Origin: a virus
Length of the DNA stretch: 64,000 nt
Direction: 5' to 3' (one strand)
Virus record (IMG/VR): IMGVR_UViG_3300032240_000659
Coordinates: 64,135 to 128,134 of that record
Shown: in pieces, positions 27,912 to 37,470 of the stretch
Layout of the letters: each line of letters begins with the position of its first letter
How positions within the stretch are numbered: the first letter of the stretch is position 1
Position numbers and translations under genes: made by a program
Notes under the pieces: model-generated
Told to the model about the DNA's origin: nothing
The model's database searches: none
Seen by the model: only the letters and a program-made list of their open reading frames with translations

Positions 27912-28895
27912 ATGGCGCAAAAAATTATTAATGTAGGTACAGCTACAAACGACGGTACTGGTGATACTCTTAGAGATGGTGCAATAAAAGTTAATGACAA
28001 CTTTACAGAACTATATTCTCTTCCATCAATTCCACAGCAGACAAATCAAAACGGAAAATTTTTAAGTACTAACGGTTCTACGCTAGTGTGGACAACTGCC
28101 GCTGATTATTCAGGCCCAGTATTGCCCTCTGTGTTAAACAATGCTGGTAAGTTTTTAACAACCGATGGTAGCGCAACATCTTGGGGATCAGTTAATTACA
28201 ATAATCTAACAAATAAACCAACTATCCCAGCCGCCCAAGTATCAAGTGACTGGAATGCAAGTAGTGGTGTTACACAAATACTAAACAAACCAACTATCCC
28301 AGCCGCTCAAGTTCAAAGCGATTGGAACGCAGTATCCGGACTTGGAGTTATTCTAAACAAACCAACTATCCCAGCCGCCCAAGTATCAAGTGACTGGAAC
28401 GCAGTATCCGGACTTGGAGTTATTCTAAACAAACCAACTATCCCAGCCGCCCAAGTATCAAGTGACTGGAATGCAAGTAGTGGTGTTACACAAATACTAA
28501 ACAAACCAACTATCTTAAATCTACAAACAAGGGTTTCCTTAGTTGGTACAACTAGCGCAATCGCTGCCAACGCATCACAAAGTGTGACTATTACTGGGTT
28601 TAAAGGATATGCATTGTATTCTGTGCAAACAAGTGCCGCCGCCTGGGTAACCATATATAATGGTGCAACTGCAAGGACAAACGACTCGGCTAGGGTGATT
28701 ACAACAGATCCAACCCCTGGCAGCGGAGTGATTGCAGAAGTTATTACAGCCGGCGCAAGCACATACAACTTTGCCCCTGCAATTATTGGTTACAGTGCAG
28801 AAAATACAACATCGATTCAATTAAAAGTTAGCAATCAAAGCGTAACAACGCAGTCAATTACTGTTACATTGACGCTAATACAATTAGAGGCATAA
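27912..28895 (+). CDS. Tail/baseplate fibre-like protein with 24-aa repeats
   Basis: N-terminal INVGTATNDGTGDTLRDG..KVNDNF.ELY (gp9/gp10-like attachment motif); NKPTIPAAQV..DWNA repeats. Start set at 27912 (AGGA RBS upstream). Confidence 0.7.
   Translation: MAQKIINVGTATNDGTGDTLRDGAIKVNDNFTELYSLPSIPQQTNQNGKFLSTNGSTLVWTTAADYSGPVLPSVLNNAGKFLTTDGSATSWGSVNYNNLTNKPTIPAAQVSSDWNASSGVTQILNKPTIPAAQVQSDWNAVSGLGVILNKPTIPAAQVSSDWNAVSGLGVILNKPTIPAAQVSSDWNASSGVTQILNKPTILNLQTRVSLVGTTSAIAANASQSVTITGFKGYALYSVQTSAAAWVTIYNGATARTNDSARVITTDPTPGSGVIAEVITAGASTYNFAPAIIGYSAENTTSIQLKVSNQSVTTQSITVTLTLIQLEA
28212..28514 (+). repeat. Coding tandem repeat, 72 bp x ~4.2
   Basis: Units start at 28212, 28284, 28356, 28428 and 28500 (partial); units 1 and 4 differ by one base. 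Confidence 0.95.
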
Positions 28896-28896
28896 T

Positions 28897-30522
28897 ATGC
28901 AAACACCGCTAGATACAGAATTATCAATTAGTGTTTATCTTAAAAGAGATAAGCACGAAAACGGCATGACTATTCAAGAATACGCTGACGGTATTATTGC
29001 GGGAACACAACCAATATTAGATCATGACGAATATGTATATCAGTTTGGGGCAGTTGCTGACGAAGTGGCTCTTGTTGAAGAGTGGGCTTTAAAAAATAAT
29101 TTAATAATATTGCAAACAAGTGTAGACGGTGCATTTGTTAAACTAGTGGGCACGGCCGAAAAATTTAATAATATTTTTAATATTAAATTAGAAACTATTA
29201 TTGAAAATAATAGAACATATATAACACACCAAGATGTTTTAACTATTCCTGCAGATATTAATTCAGTAGTTGACATAGTACTGGGATTAGATAATTCGGT
29301 TACATTTAGCCATAATGCTATATTGGAAGAAACTGCTCAAGGCCCAATTTCTCCTAACTTAATTAGTAGTCCTTCACCGGTTGATCTAGCTTTAGCCTAT
29401 AAATTTCCAAGGGCGCCAGGAAGTGATTTAGTTCAAGGTAATGGCCAATGTGTAGCTATTATTGAATTAGGTGGTGGCTGGACAACAGCAAATTTAACAA
29501 GTACTTTTACTCGTATTAATCAACCAAATCCTACAGTAGTTGATATACTAGTTGATGGAGGTGTAAATGATCCAACTGGCGCAGACAGTGGAGAAGTTAT
29601 GCTTGACATTTATTGCGTTGGCTCAATAGTACCAGCCGCAAAACTAGCCATGTATTTTGCCCCTAACTCATATCAAGGATTTATTGATACAATAGTATTT
29701 CCGACAAATGATACTGTAAACAATCCAAGTATAATTAGTGTTAGTTGGGGAACTACTGATAGCAATTGGAGTTCTTCGTATCGAAATGCATTTGAAGTTG
29801 CATTAGCTGCCGCAGTTGTTAAAGGAATCACAGTGTTTGTTGCTGCCGGCGACTATGGCGTAAAAGCAGTTAGTGGCAGTGCAACTTATACTGTACAATA
29901 TCCAGCAACAAGTTCGTATGTAATATGTGCTGGCGGAACAGTAATGTCAATTAATAATGACTATTCAATTGCTAGCGAAGTACCTTGGGGAACTACTACA
30001 GGAACATTTGCCGGAGGCGGCGGCGTTAGCACAATTTTTAGTGTACCAACTTGGCAAACTGGATTTAGCAGTAAGGTATATCCAAGCGGCACTGTATCGA
30101 GCCTAACTGGTAGGGGTATACCCGATGTGTCTGCTCACGCTGTCGGGTATGCTTTTTATTACGGATCTAGTAATGTTTTTGGTTCAAGTTTTGTTGGGAC
30201 TAGCGCTACAGCACCTTTATTGGCAGGTATGATGGCAAGATTAAATCAGCTTACTGGCAAGCGTATTGGATTTGTAAATAGTGACTGGTATTCAATTCGT
30301 ACTACAGCATTTAATGATCAAACAACTGGTGACAATCACGGCGGCAACTCTGTAGGGTATATGGCCACAACAGGATGGGATGCATGTACTGGAATAGGTA
30401 GTCCAATTGGTACAGAAATATATAAATTTTATAAAGTTGGAACAACGTTTCCTAAATCAAATAATGGATTTAGGCCAACATCTGGACAGGCATATCCGAG
30501 ACCATACACAGGCGTAAGATAA
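28897..30522 (+). CDS. Sedolisin/kumamolisin-family (S53) serine-carboxyl peptidase with prodomain
   Basis: SGEVMLD (Glu-x3-Asp), AAGDYG (oxyanion Asp), GTSATAP (catalytic Ser), GWDACTGIGSP (Ca site), N-terminal activation prodomain. Confidence 0.92.
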   Translation: MQTPLDTELSISVYLKRDKHENGMTIQEYADGIIAGTQPILDHDEYVYQFGAVADEVALVEEWALKNNLIILQTSVDGAFVKLVGTAEKFNNIFNIKLETIIENNRTYITHQDVLTIPADINSVVDIVLGLDNSVTFSHNAILEETAQGPISPNLISSPSPVDLALAYKFPRAPGSDLVQGNGQCVAIIELGGGWTTANLTSTFTRINQPNPTVVDILVDGGVNDPTGADSGEVMLDIYCVGSIVPAAKLAMYFAPNSYQGFIDTIVFPTNDTVNNPSIISVSWGTTDSNWSSSYRNAFEVALAAAVVKGITVFVAAGDYGVKAVSGSATYTVQYPATSSYVICAGGTVMSINNDYSIASEVPWGTTTGTFAGGGGVSTIFSVPTWQTGFSSKVYPSGTVSSLTGRGIPDVSAHAVGYAFYYGSSNVFGSSFVGTSATAPLLAGMMARLNQLTGKRIGFVNSDWYSIRTTAFNDQTTGDNHGGNSVGYMATTGWDACTGIGSPIGTEIYKFYKVGTTFPKSNNGFRPTSGQAYPRPYTGVR

Positions 30523-31211
30523 TGAATAATTTACTTAACGGTGAAGGTATTAGTATAAGTCATGTAAATGGCAATTTAATGATTACTAACACAATGCCTA
30601 ACAGAAATACATTTAAAACAATTAGAGTTTTAAACACAGAGTTATCCGCTAAACACCCGGTTGATACATTAGTTCTTTCACATGATAAAAATATCAATAT
30701 AGAAGTTGACTCTAACACTAATCAACTTTCTTTTTCCTTAAACGGAGATGAAATATGTTCTAATGTGAATAGTTCTGTTGTAACTACAGAAATTTTTAAA
30801 ATTAAGGGAGATTTAGATACTGCTATTAGTGCATATTCAGAACTTCTTAATTTGTATCATAAAAAATTAGAAGAAGCATCAATTTTAAGAAATTCTATTT
30901 CAGCTTTATCTTACCAAGATGCTACGTTAGACAATCAGTTACTATCATACGATACATCGTTAGCTATTTTATCTAGACAGATTAATGAGTTAAAATCTAA
31001 TATAGATAATCCCAATGCTAAATTTACCTATAATCTTGCTACTAAACAGGTAAAACTAGATAGACCATTTTTGGGGCAATTTATTTTAGAAAATTTAACA
31101 ACTGATGAACGTAATTATATTTTTAACCCCTCTACAGGTAGGTTAATTTTTAATATTACTGATAAAAAAGTTCAAGTATATAACGGGCAAGAGTGGGTAT
31201 CCTTGCATTAA
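30522..31211 (+). CDS. Hypothetical virion protein (coiled coil plus fibre-tip-like C-terminus)
   Basis: Heptad-rich middle; C-terminal LTTDER...GRLIFN.T.KKVQVYNG..W motif like the end of 36012-37430. Confidence 0.55.
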   Translation: MNNLLNGEGISISHVNGNLMITNTMPNRNTFKTIRVLNTELSAKHPVDTLVLSHDKNINIEVDSNTNQLSFSLNGDEICSNVNSSVVTTEIFKIKGDLDTAISAYSELLNLYHKKLEEASILRNSISALSYQDATLDNQLLSYDTSLAILSRQINELKSNIDNPNAKFTYNLATKQVKLDRPFLGQFILENLTTDERNYIFNPSTGRLIFNITDKKVQVYNGQEWVSLH

Positions 31212-31232
31212 ACTAGCAGATATTGATACTAG

Positions 31233-31246
31233 ATAAATATAGAATA
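31233..31246 (+). promoter_or_regulatory. Late promoter-like motif ATAAATATAGAATA
   Basis: 13 nt upstream of the ATG at 31260; identical to 11133-11146. Confidence 0.7.
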
Positions 31247-31259
31247 AAGAGAGACTACT

Positions 31260-31868
31260 ATGCAGAGTAAAGATAACACTGGAATACACATTGAAGGGCA
31301 TATTAAAATTTTTAACCCAGAATCGGGTGAAATTTTTGTAAACAAACGAAATGCAATTCATTATGAAAATATGAGTATTGCCCTAGCAAGAAGTATTGCA
31401 AATAGTGGCGACGGTTTTATATATCAGCTTGCCTTAGGCAACGGCGGCACAAACATTGATCCAACAGGAATTATTACCTACTTAACACCTAATAGTTCAG
31501 GTAGTAATGCTAGCTTGTACAACGAACAATATGCCAAAGTTGTTGATGATCGTTCTAGCAATAATACTGACCCTACAAGAAATTATATTGAATCACGCCA
31601 CGTAACTGGTACAAATTATACCGATGTATTTGTTACTTGTTTATTAGATTACGGCGAACCTAACGGACAAAGTGCATTTGATAATACTACAAATAATGAT
31701 AGTTCTTTTGTTTTTGATGAGTTAGGATTAAAGAGTTATAGCTCAACAGACCAACAATTATTATTAACTCATGTTGTTTTTCACCCTGTTCAAAAATCCT
31801 TAAACAGATTAATTCAGATTGATTATACTGTACGTATTCAAAGTTTAACTGGATTAACAGGAGTATAA
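31260..31868 (+). CDS. Conserved virion structural protein (baseplate/tail region)
   Basis: Late-promoter context; NAIHYEN...FDELGL...LLTHV.FHPVQKSLNR.IQIDYTVR pattern. Confidence 0.55.
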   Translation: MQSKDNTGIHIEGHIKIFNPESGEIFVNKRNAIHYENMSIALARSIANSGDGFIYQLALGNGGTNIDPTGIITYLTPNSSGSNASLYNEQYAKVVDDRSSNNTDPTRNYIESRHVTGTNYTDVFVTCLLDYGEPNGQSAFDNTTNNDSSFVFDELGLKSYSSTDQQLLLTHVVFHPVQKSLNRLIQIDYTVRIQSLTGLTGV

Positions 31869-31869
31869 T

Positions 31870-34092
31870 ATGACATATCTAGTAAAGTTTACAGATAATA
31901 CAAAAACAGCCATAACAGTATTAGATTCTGGTCTTAATAGTTCTACAAGCGTTAACTTTGTAGGAAAAAATTATTCAGGGTATGCTTCTGTTATAGCAGA
32001 AAATTTCTTACACCTGTTAGAAAATTTTGCAAACGGTAGCGCACCGACAAATCCAATACAGGGGCAATTGTGGTATAGCACTACTGATTCGTTATTAAAA
32101 GTATGGGATGGCACTAATTGGAATTCTACTGGGTCTGTTAAAAAAGCACAAACAACTTCCCCTCCAACATCTAATGCAATAGGAGATTTATGGGTTGACA
32201 CTACTACTAAACAATTATATGTTTGGGGAGGTTCTAGTTGGCTATTAATTGGGCCACAATATAGTTCTGGAAATCTTACAGGCCCTAAAAACGAAGATGT
32301 GTATGATACTAATGGAACACTTCGTAATATCTTATCTTTCTATGCCGGCAATAATATTATTGCAATTATTAGTAAGTCATCATTTACACCTAAAGCAGTA
32401 ATTACAGGTTTCTCATCAATTAATCGAGGAATTAATATTAGTTCTAATAATATTGATGATACTAACGGATCGACTGCATTAACAAAACTTTGGGGAACAG
32501 CAGAAAAAGCAAATGCACTAATAGTAAATGATAAAGTTATTGATGCAAGTAATTTTTTAAGAAGCGATGTACCAAGTATAACAAATAGTACATTTAGTAT
32601 TAGAAGCAATAGTGGGCTTAGTATTGGTAGCGACTTATCTTTCAGTATTGCTTCTGACGATACTTCTTCAACTCCTGCAACTGTGTTGTATTCTAAAACT
32701 GGAGATAAAAGTATACAATTTAGATTAACATCCAATAATACATTATTCACATTAGTACAATTAGATGCTACCAATGGAGGTAGAGTTGGAATAGGTGCGG
32801 GAAATGTTAATCCTCAAGCAACACTTGATATTAAAGGTACAGTAAAATCTTCTGGAAATGTAACAGTTACTGATACTACAGATGCTACTATAGTTGGAGC
32901 AACTGCAAGTATTACTACTGCCGGTGGGTTAAATGTTAATAAAAAAGCAGTTGTTGGCGGCAGTTTATCTACATACGGTAATATTTTAGTTAATAATTTA
33001 ACAGGTAATGTTGCAACATCTGGGTCTGTAATTATTCCAGGTACTGATTTAGCTTCTGGATTATATGATATTGGTAGTTCTACTAGAAAGTTTGGAACAC
33101 TATATACAACTAATGTTAGAGCAACTGATTTGTATGGAACATTTCACGGTACATTAGATGGTGATGTAAGTGGCAAAGCATCGGGATTAACAACCGCAAC
33201 TACATTTAAAGTCGACGGCGACGTTGTTAGCTCAGATCTAGGTACATCTTTTAATGGAGTATCTGGCACCGGTAATGCAATATTAAAAACAGTATTAGCT
33301 ACTACACATATTACTGGGAAAGATCAAGCATTAACTTCTTTAGCATCTGATCAATTTTTAATTTATAGAACAGAAGGAACTACTGGAAGTCTAAAAAAGA
33401 CATCTAAACAACTTTTTATATCAAATATTCCAACTGTCCCAGTAGGTGCAATAATGCCATTTGCTGGTCCTAAATCTAGTATTCCTAACGGATACTTATT
33501 ATGTGATGGTGGCGAATTACTAATTTCTGATTACCCTGATTTATATAATTTAATTAAATTCACATATAGACCAGCAAGCCAGTTAAAAGGTTATTCTACA
33601 TTTGCACTACCTGATTTAAGAGGTCGATTCCCACTAGGTATTGACAGTATGGATAATAATAGGCAAGTTCCTGATGCAACAGCCTCAATAGATCCAATAA
33701 CAGGACTTCCTTCATTATTAATTGATGCAGGCGGAAATAGAAACGGCTCAGGAACTGCATCAACTGATCCGGCTAATCGAGTAACTGATACCACTGCTGA
33801 TGTATTAGGCGGCTCGGCAGGATTTGAATCAACAAGATTGATATCTTCTAATCTTCCTGACCATAAACACTCTTTAAAAGATGGCAATGATCAATTTTTT
33901 GCTGCCGGTTTAGGTACTGTAACAACTGCTAATGCAACTAACTTAGCAGGATTTTCATCTGGCGGCGGCGGCGGACTTGGACTTAACAACAGCGGTAGTG
34001 TAATTGGATCTTCTGGATCACCTACACCTTTATCAACTATGAATCCGTTCTTAGCTATTAATTATATTATTTTTACAGGTAAACTTGTATGA
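31870..34092 (+). CDS. Short tail fibre with tail-collar domain (gp12-like); fibre paralogue 1
   Basis: PVGAIMPFAG...PNGYLLCDG...YPDLY...FALPDLRGRFPLG collar motif; shared N-terminal GKN..GY...ENF..LLENFA. Confidence 0.8.
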   Translation: MTYLVKFTDNTKTAITVLDSGLNSSTSVNFVGKNYSGYASVIAENFLHLLENFANGSAPTNPIQGQLWYSTTDSLLKVWDGTNWNSTGSVKKAQTTSPPTSNAIGDLWVDTTTKQLYVWGGSSWLLIGPQYSSGNLTGPKNEDVYDTNGTLRNILSFYAGNNIIAIISKSSFTPKAVITGFSSINRGINISSNNIDDTNGSTALTKLWGTAEKANALIVNDKVIDASNFLRSDVPSITNSTFSIRSNSGLSIGSDLSFSIASDDTSSTPATVLYSKTGDKSIQFRLTSNNTLFTLVQLDATNGGRVGIGAGNVNPQATLDIKGTVKSSGNVTVTDTTDATIVGATASITTAGGLNVNKKAVVGGSLSTYGNILVNNLTGNVATSGSVIIPGTDLASGLYDIGSSTRKFGTLYTTNVRATDLYGTFHGTLDGDVSGKASGLTTATTFKVDGDVVSSDLGTSFNGVSGTGNAILKTVLATTHITGKDQALTSLASDQFLIYRTEGTTGSLKKTSKQLFISNIPTVPVGAIMPFAGPKSSIPNGYLLCDGGELLISDYPDLYNLIKFTYRPASQLKGYSTFALPDLRGRFPLGIDSMDNNRQVPDATASIDPITGLPSLLIDAGGNRNGSGTASTDPANRVTDTTADVLGGSAGFESTRLISSNLPDHKHSLKDGNDQFFAAGLGTVTTANATNLAGFSSGGGGGLGLNNSGSVIGSSGSPTPLSTMNPFLAINYIIFTGKLV

Positions 34093-35999
34093 GCTATACA
34101 ATAAACAAAACAGACGGGTCAATATTAACTGAAATTGTAGATGGTACAATTGATCAAAATGCTACTAACTTAACATTAGTTGGTAAAAATGCATTATCAT
34201 ACGGTGAAGCATTTAATGAAAACTTTGTTAAAATATTAGAAAATTTTGCAAATACAATTGCGCCATCAAATCCTATTACAGGACAATTATGGTATGATAC
34301 AAGCGAATCCAGATTAAAAATCTATAATAATAATTCTTGGAAAGTTGCTGGGGGAACAATAGTAGCAAATAATATCCCTTCTTCAATAACCCAAGGAGAT
34401 ATTTGGATTGATAGCAAGCGCCAACAACTGTATTTTAATGACGGAGTTGCTACTAGACTAGCAGGTCCTGTATATACGGCAACTCAAGGAATTTCTGGAT
34501 TTAGTGTTACTGATATAGTTGACCTTAACGGAATATCTTATACTGTTGCAATGTTATATGTTAGCAATACTTTAATAGGAATTTTTAGTAAAGCAACTTT
34601 TTATCCCGCAACTACTATTCCTGGATTTGGAACTACTAGCATTTTAATTAACGGAGTTTCTAAGACAGTTAGTAAGCAAGTTGTTACTGGCTATACTGCT
34701 AGTGATTCTTCCGGTGGAATTTTTAAAACAACAACAAGTGTTGCACAATCTTTATTAGCAGCCGATGGTTCATTAAGAACAGCAGAAAGTTTTTTATCTG
34801 GCACTGTTGATTCTGCGACTACTGGAACAATAAGCATCTTAAACACTACACCATTATTGTTAGGCACTGGCGGTTCAAGTGGTAGAACTGAAATTAAAGT
34901 ATCTTCTAATTCTTTCCAGATAAATTCCCAGACACTGGGACAAACTATGCAATTTAATTTGTATGATTCAACTGGCACATTAAATCCTGCATTTTTTGTC
35001 AACGGAAACAATAAATTTGTTGGAATTTATACAAACGCTCCTACTAACACACTTGATGTTGGCGGAGATGCTAGAATTAGAGGTAGTCTAACAGTTGAGG
35101 GAAATCTTACAACTATTAGTAGTACTAATATTCAAATTTTTGATAAACTAATCGAAATTGGAAAAAGTGATACCGCTTCAAATGCAACAGCAAGTGGCGG
35201 CGGAATTAACTTAGACGCTGGATCTGATGGCGACAAAACTATTATATGGGACAATACAGGATATAACTGGACAAGTAGTGAGCATTGGAATATTGCTACT
35301 GGTAAATCGTATAAAATAAATGCAAGCACAGTACTAGATGCATCATCGGTTTATTCTACAAATGCTCCAAATTTAGTAAGTGTTGGAACATTAACATCAT
35401 TGCGTGTTGGAAATTTATCTGTTAGTACCGATAATGTTATTAGTTATTATAGCACAGTAAATGTTAATGGTAATGTAGTTATTCAACCTAAAGGTACTGG
35501 AACAGTTGATGTAACTAATACCGCAGCCGGTCGATCAAGAATTACATCAGTTGCAGAGCCTACAACTAATACAGATGCCGCAACAAAATATTATGTTGAC
35601 TCAACAGTAAAGTCTTATAATTTATCCACGCATTTAGATACAACTAGTTTAACCAATGCTCAAATAGCTACAAACTTATTAACAAAAATATTTCCACCGT
35701 CGGAGCATTTACTATCAACTGGACCAAACGTTTATGCCGCAGTAATAGCTAGGGTTGCTTGTTATGATCAAGGTACTACTGTTACAGTTACAGCTGGATC
35801 ATTTGTTATAGGTAAAGTTTATATAATTGTTGGTGCGTCTGGCACAACTTGGACAACTATTGGGTCACCAACAAACAATGCAGGACAAGTATTTACAGCA
35901 ACCGGTGTCGGATCTGGCACTGGAACAGCCGCCCCCTACTTGAGACAATTTCTTTTAAACACAGGAAGTGGAACTTGGGCTTACCAACAAGATCTATAA
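34089..35999 (+). CDS. Tail fibre paralogue 2
   Basis: Shared N-terminal domain; Ser/Thr/Gly-rich beta repeats; ATKYYVD motif. Confidence 0.7.
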   Translation: MSYTINKTDGSILTEIVDGTIDQNATNLTLVGKNALSYGEAFNENFVKILENFANTIAPSNPITGQLWYDTSESRLKIYNNNSWKVAGGTIVANNIPSSITQGDIWIDSKRQQLYFNDGVATRLAGPVYTATQGISGFSVTDIVDLNGISYTVAMLYVSNTLIGIFSKATFYPATTIPGFGTTSILINGVSKTVSKQVVTGYTASDSSGGIFKTTTSVAQSLLAADGSLRTAESFLSGTVDSATTGTISILNTTPLLLGTGGSSGRTEIKVSSNSFQINSQTLGQTMQFNLYDSTGTLNPAFFVNGNNKFVGIYTNAPTNTLDVGGDARIRGSLTVEGNLTTISSTNIQIFDKLIEIGKSDTASNATASGGGINLDAGSDGDKTIIWDNTGYNWTSSEHWNIATGKSYKINASTVLDASSVYSTNAPNLVSVGTLTSLRVGNLSVSTDNVISYYSTVNVNGNVVIQPKGTGTVDVTNTAAGRSRITSVAEPTTNTDAATKYYVDSTVKSYNLSTHLDTTSLTNAQIATNLLTKIFPPSEHLLSTGPNVYAAVIARVACYDQGTTVTVTAGSFVIGKVYIIVGASGTTWTTIGSPTNNAGQVFTATGVGSGTGTAAPYLRQFLLNTGSGTWAYQQDL

Positions 36000-36011
36000 T
36001 CAGGAATAAAA

Positions 36012-37430
36012 ATGCCATATTCAATAAACAATTATTACGGACAACAAGTAGCAACGGTTGCTGACGGAACTGTAAACAAATCATTTAGCCTTGGTCTAAT
36101 AGGTAAAAATTATGCTGGATACGGCACAACCTTTAACGAAAATTTTTACAGGCTACTAGAAAACTTTGCAGGTGCTTCAGCTCCTAAAGAGACCGCAGTA
36201 CCTGGACAAGTTTGGTATGATTCAACATCAGATTTACTAAAGTTAAAATATTATACAGGAACAAAATGGAATACTTTAGCAGTTAATAACATAACTACAG
36301 TAACTGATGCCCAAGCCCCTGCAAATTCTAAACTTGGAGATTTTTGGTACGATAAATTAACTAACCGTTTATCCATTTATAATGGAACTGATTATGTTTT
36401 GGTAGGACAGCAATCTATCTTAGGATTTGGAACAACGCAAATGAGGAGCCGAAGTGTTAAAGCTAGCGGGTCTAATACTTTAAAAGCTATTGTTGAAGCA
36501 GTTGTGAACGGTGTAACAACTTATATTATTTCTTCAAACCCTGATTTTACCTTAGACAACAGTACTAATACTATACTTGGATTTAGTTTAATTAAAACAG
36601 GGATCACGTTAGCAAATTCTGACACAGGAATCACTTCATCCGCTGATCGTTTCTGGGGAACTGCTAGCAATTCTGATAAATTAGGCGGTCGTCCAGCATC
36701 TGATTACGCATTATCTACAAATACTTCTTTTTCTACAATAACTGGTTTTGCAGATGCTGGCCTTACTGTTGGCACAGAGTTTAAGATTTTTAACGATCAA
36801 GGAACCATTCCAACGTTAGTTAATCAAATAGGCAACACTATTGTTTTTAATGTAACATATAACGGTTCTCAAATAACTCCATTAAAAATAACAGGCAAAG
36901 ATGTATTACCTGGTACAACAAATTATTCAAATATTGGTTCTCCCACAGTAAAGTTTGCCAGCATTTATGCTACAAATTTTTATGGAATTACTGATAAAGC
37001 AGATTCGTTGAATGTTGGCGGCGTTTATAGAACTGCAAGCAGTGCAGTTGGCCCAAATACTATTGTTGTTAGAGACGATCAAGGTAAAATAGCTGGAGCA
37101 GTTGCTACCTCTGCAGAAGCAGTAAAACTTCAGAACATTCGAAATATTAACGGCGTGGGATTTGATGGAACAGCTAGTATTACAATTCCGTTTGATGCTC
37201 AACAGCTTGGTGGAACAGCGCTTAATTCAACAGTAGTAACTTCTAGTTTAACTACTGTTGGTACCTTGTCTAACTTAAGAACAACCGGGTATGTTAAAAT
37301 GCCAGTATATCCAACCCCAACAACTAGAGACTCTATAATAACAGCACCAGAAGCTGGCATGGTAGTTTTTATAACAGCAACTAGTAAATTCCAAGGATTC
37401 GATGGTACATTTTGGACAGATCTAAACTAA
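36012..37430 (+). CDS. Tail fibre paralogue 3
   Basis: Shared N-terminal domain; RFWGTASNS.KLGG motif. Confidence 0.7.
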   Translation: MPYSINNYYGQQVATVADGTVNKSFSLGLIGKNYAGYGTTFNENFYRLLENFAGASAPKETAVPGQVWYDSTSDLLKLKYYTGTKWNTLAVNNITTVTDAQAPANSKLGDFWYDKLTNRLSIYNGTDYVLVGQQSILGFGTTQMRSRSVKASGSNTLKAIVEAVVNGVTTYIISSNPDFTLDNSTNTILGFSLIKTGITLANSDTGITSSADRFWGTASNSDKLGGRPASDYALSTNTSFSTITGFADAGLTVGTEFKIFNDQGTIPTLVNQIGNTIVFNVTYNGSQITPLKITGKDVLPGTTNYSNIGSPTVKFASIYATNFYGITDKADSLNVGGVYRTASSAVGPNTIVVRDDQGKIAGAVATSAEAVKLQNIRNINGVGFDGTASITIPFDAQQLGGTALNSTVVTSSLTTVGTLSNLRTTGYVKMPVYPTPTTRDSIITAPEAGMVVFITATSKFQGFDGTFWTDLN

Positions 37431-37440
37431 TAAAGACAGC

Positions 37441-37447
37441 ATAAATA
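37441..37447 (+). promoter_or_regulatory. Late promoter-like motif ATAAATA
   Basis: Intergenic, 23 nt upstream of the ATG at 37471. Confidence 0.6.
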
Positions 37448-37470
37448 TACTAGAACAAGGAACAAGAGAA

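Noticed and set aside
28212-28514. CRISPR array
   Set aside because: Repeats are contiguous 72-bp in-frame coding units with no unique spacers, and no cas genes are present.
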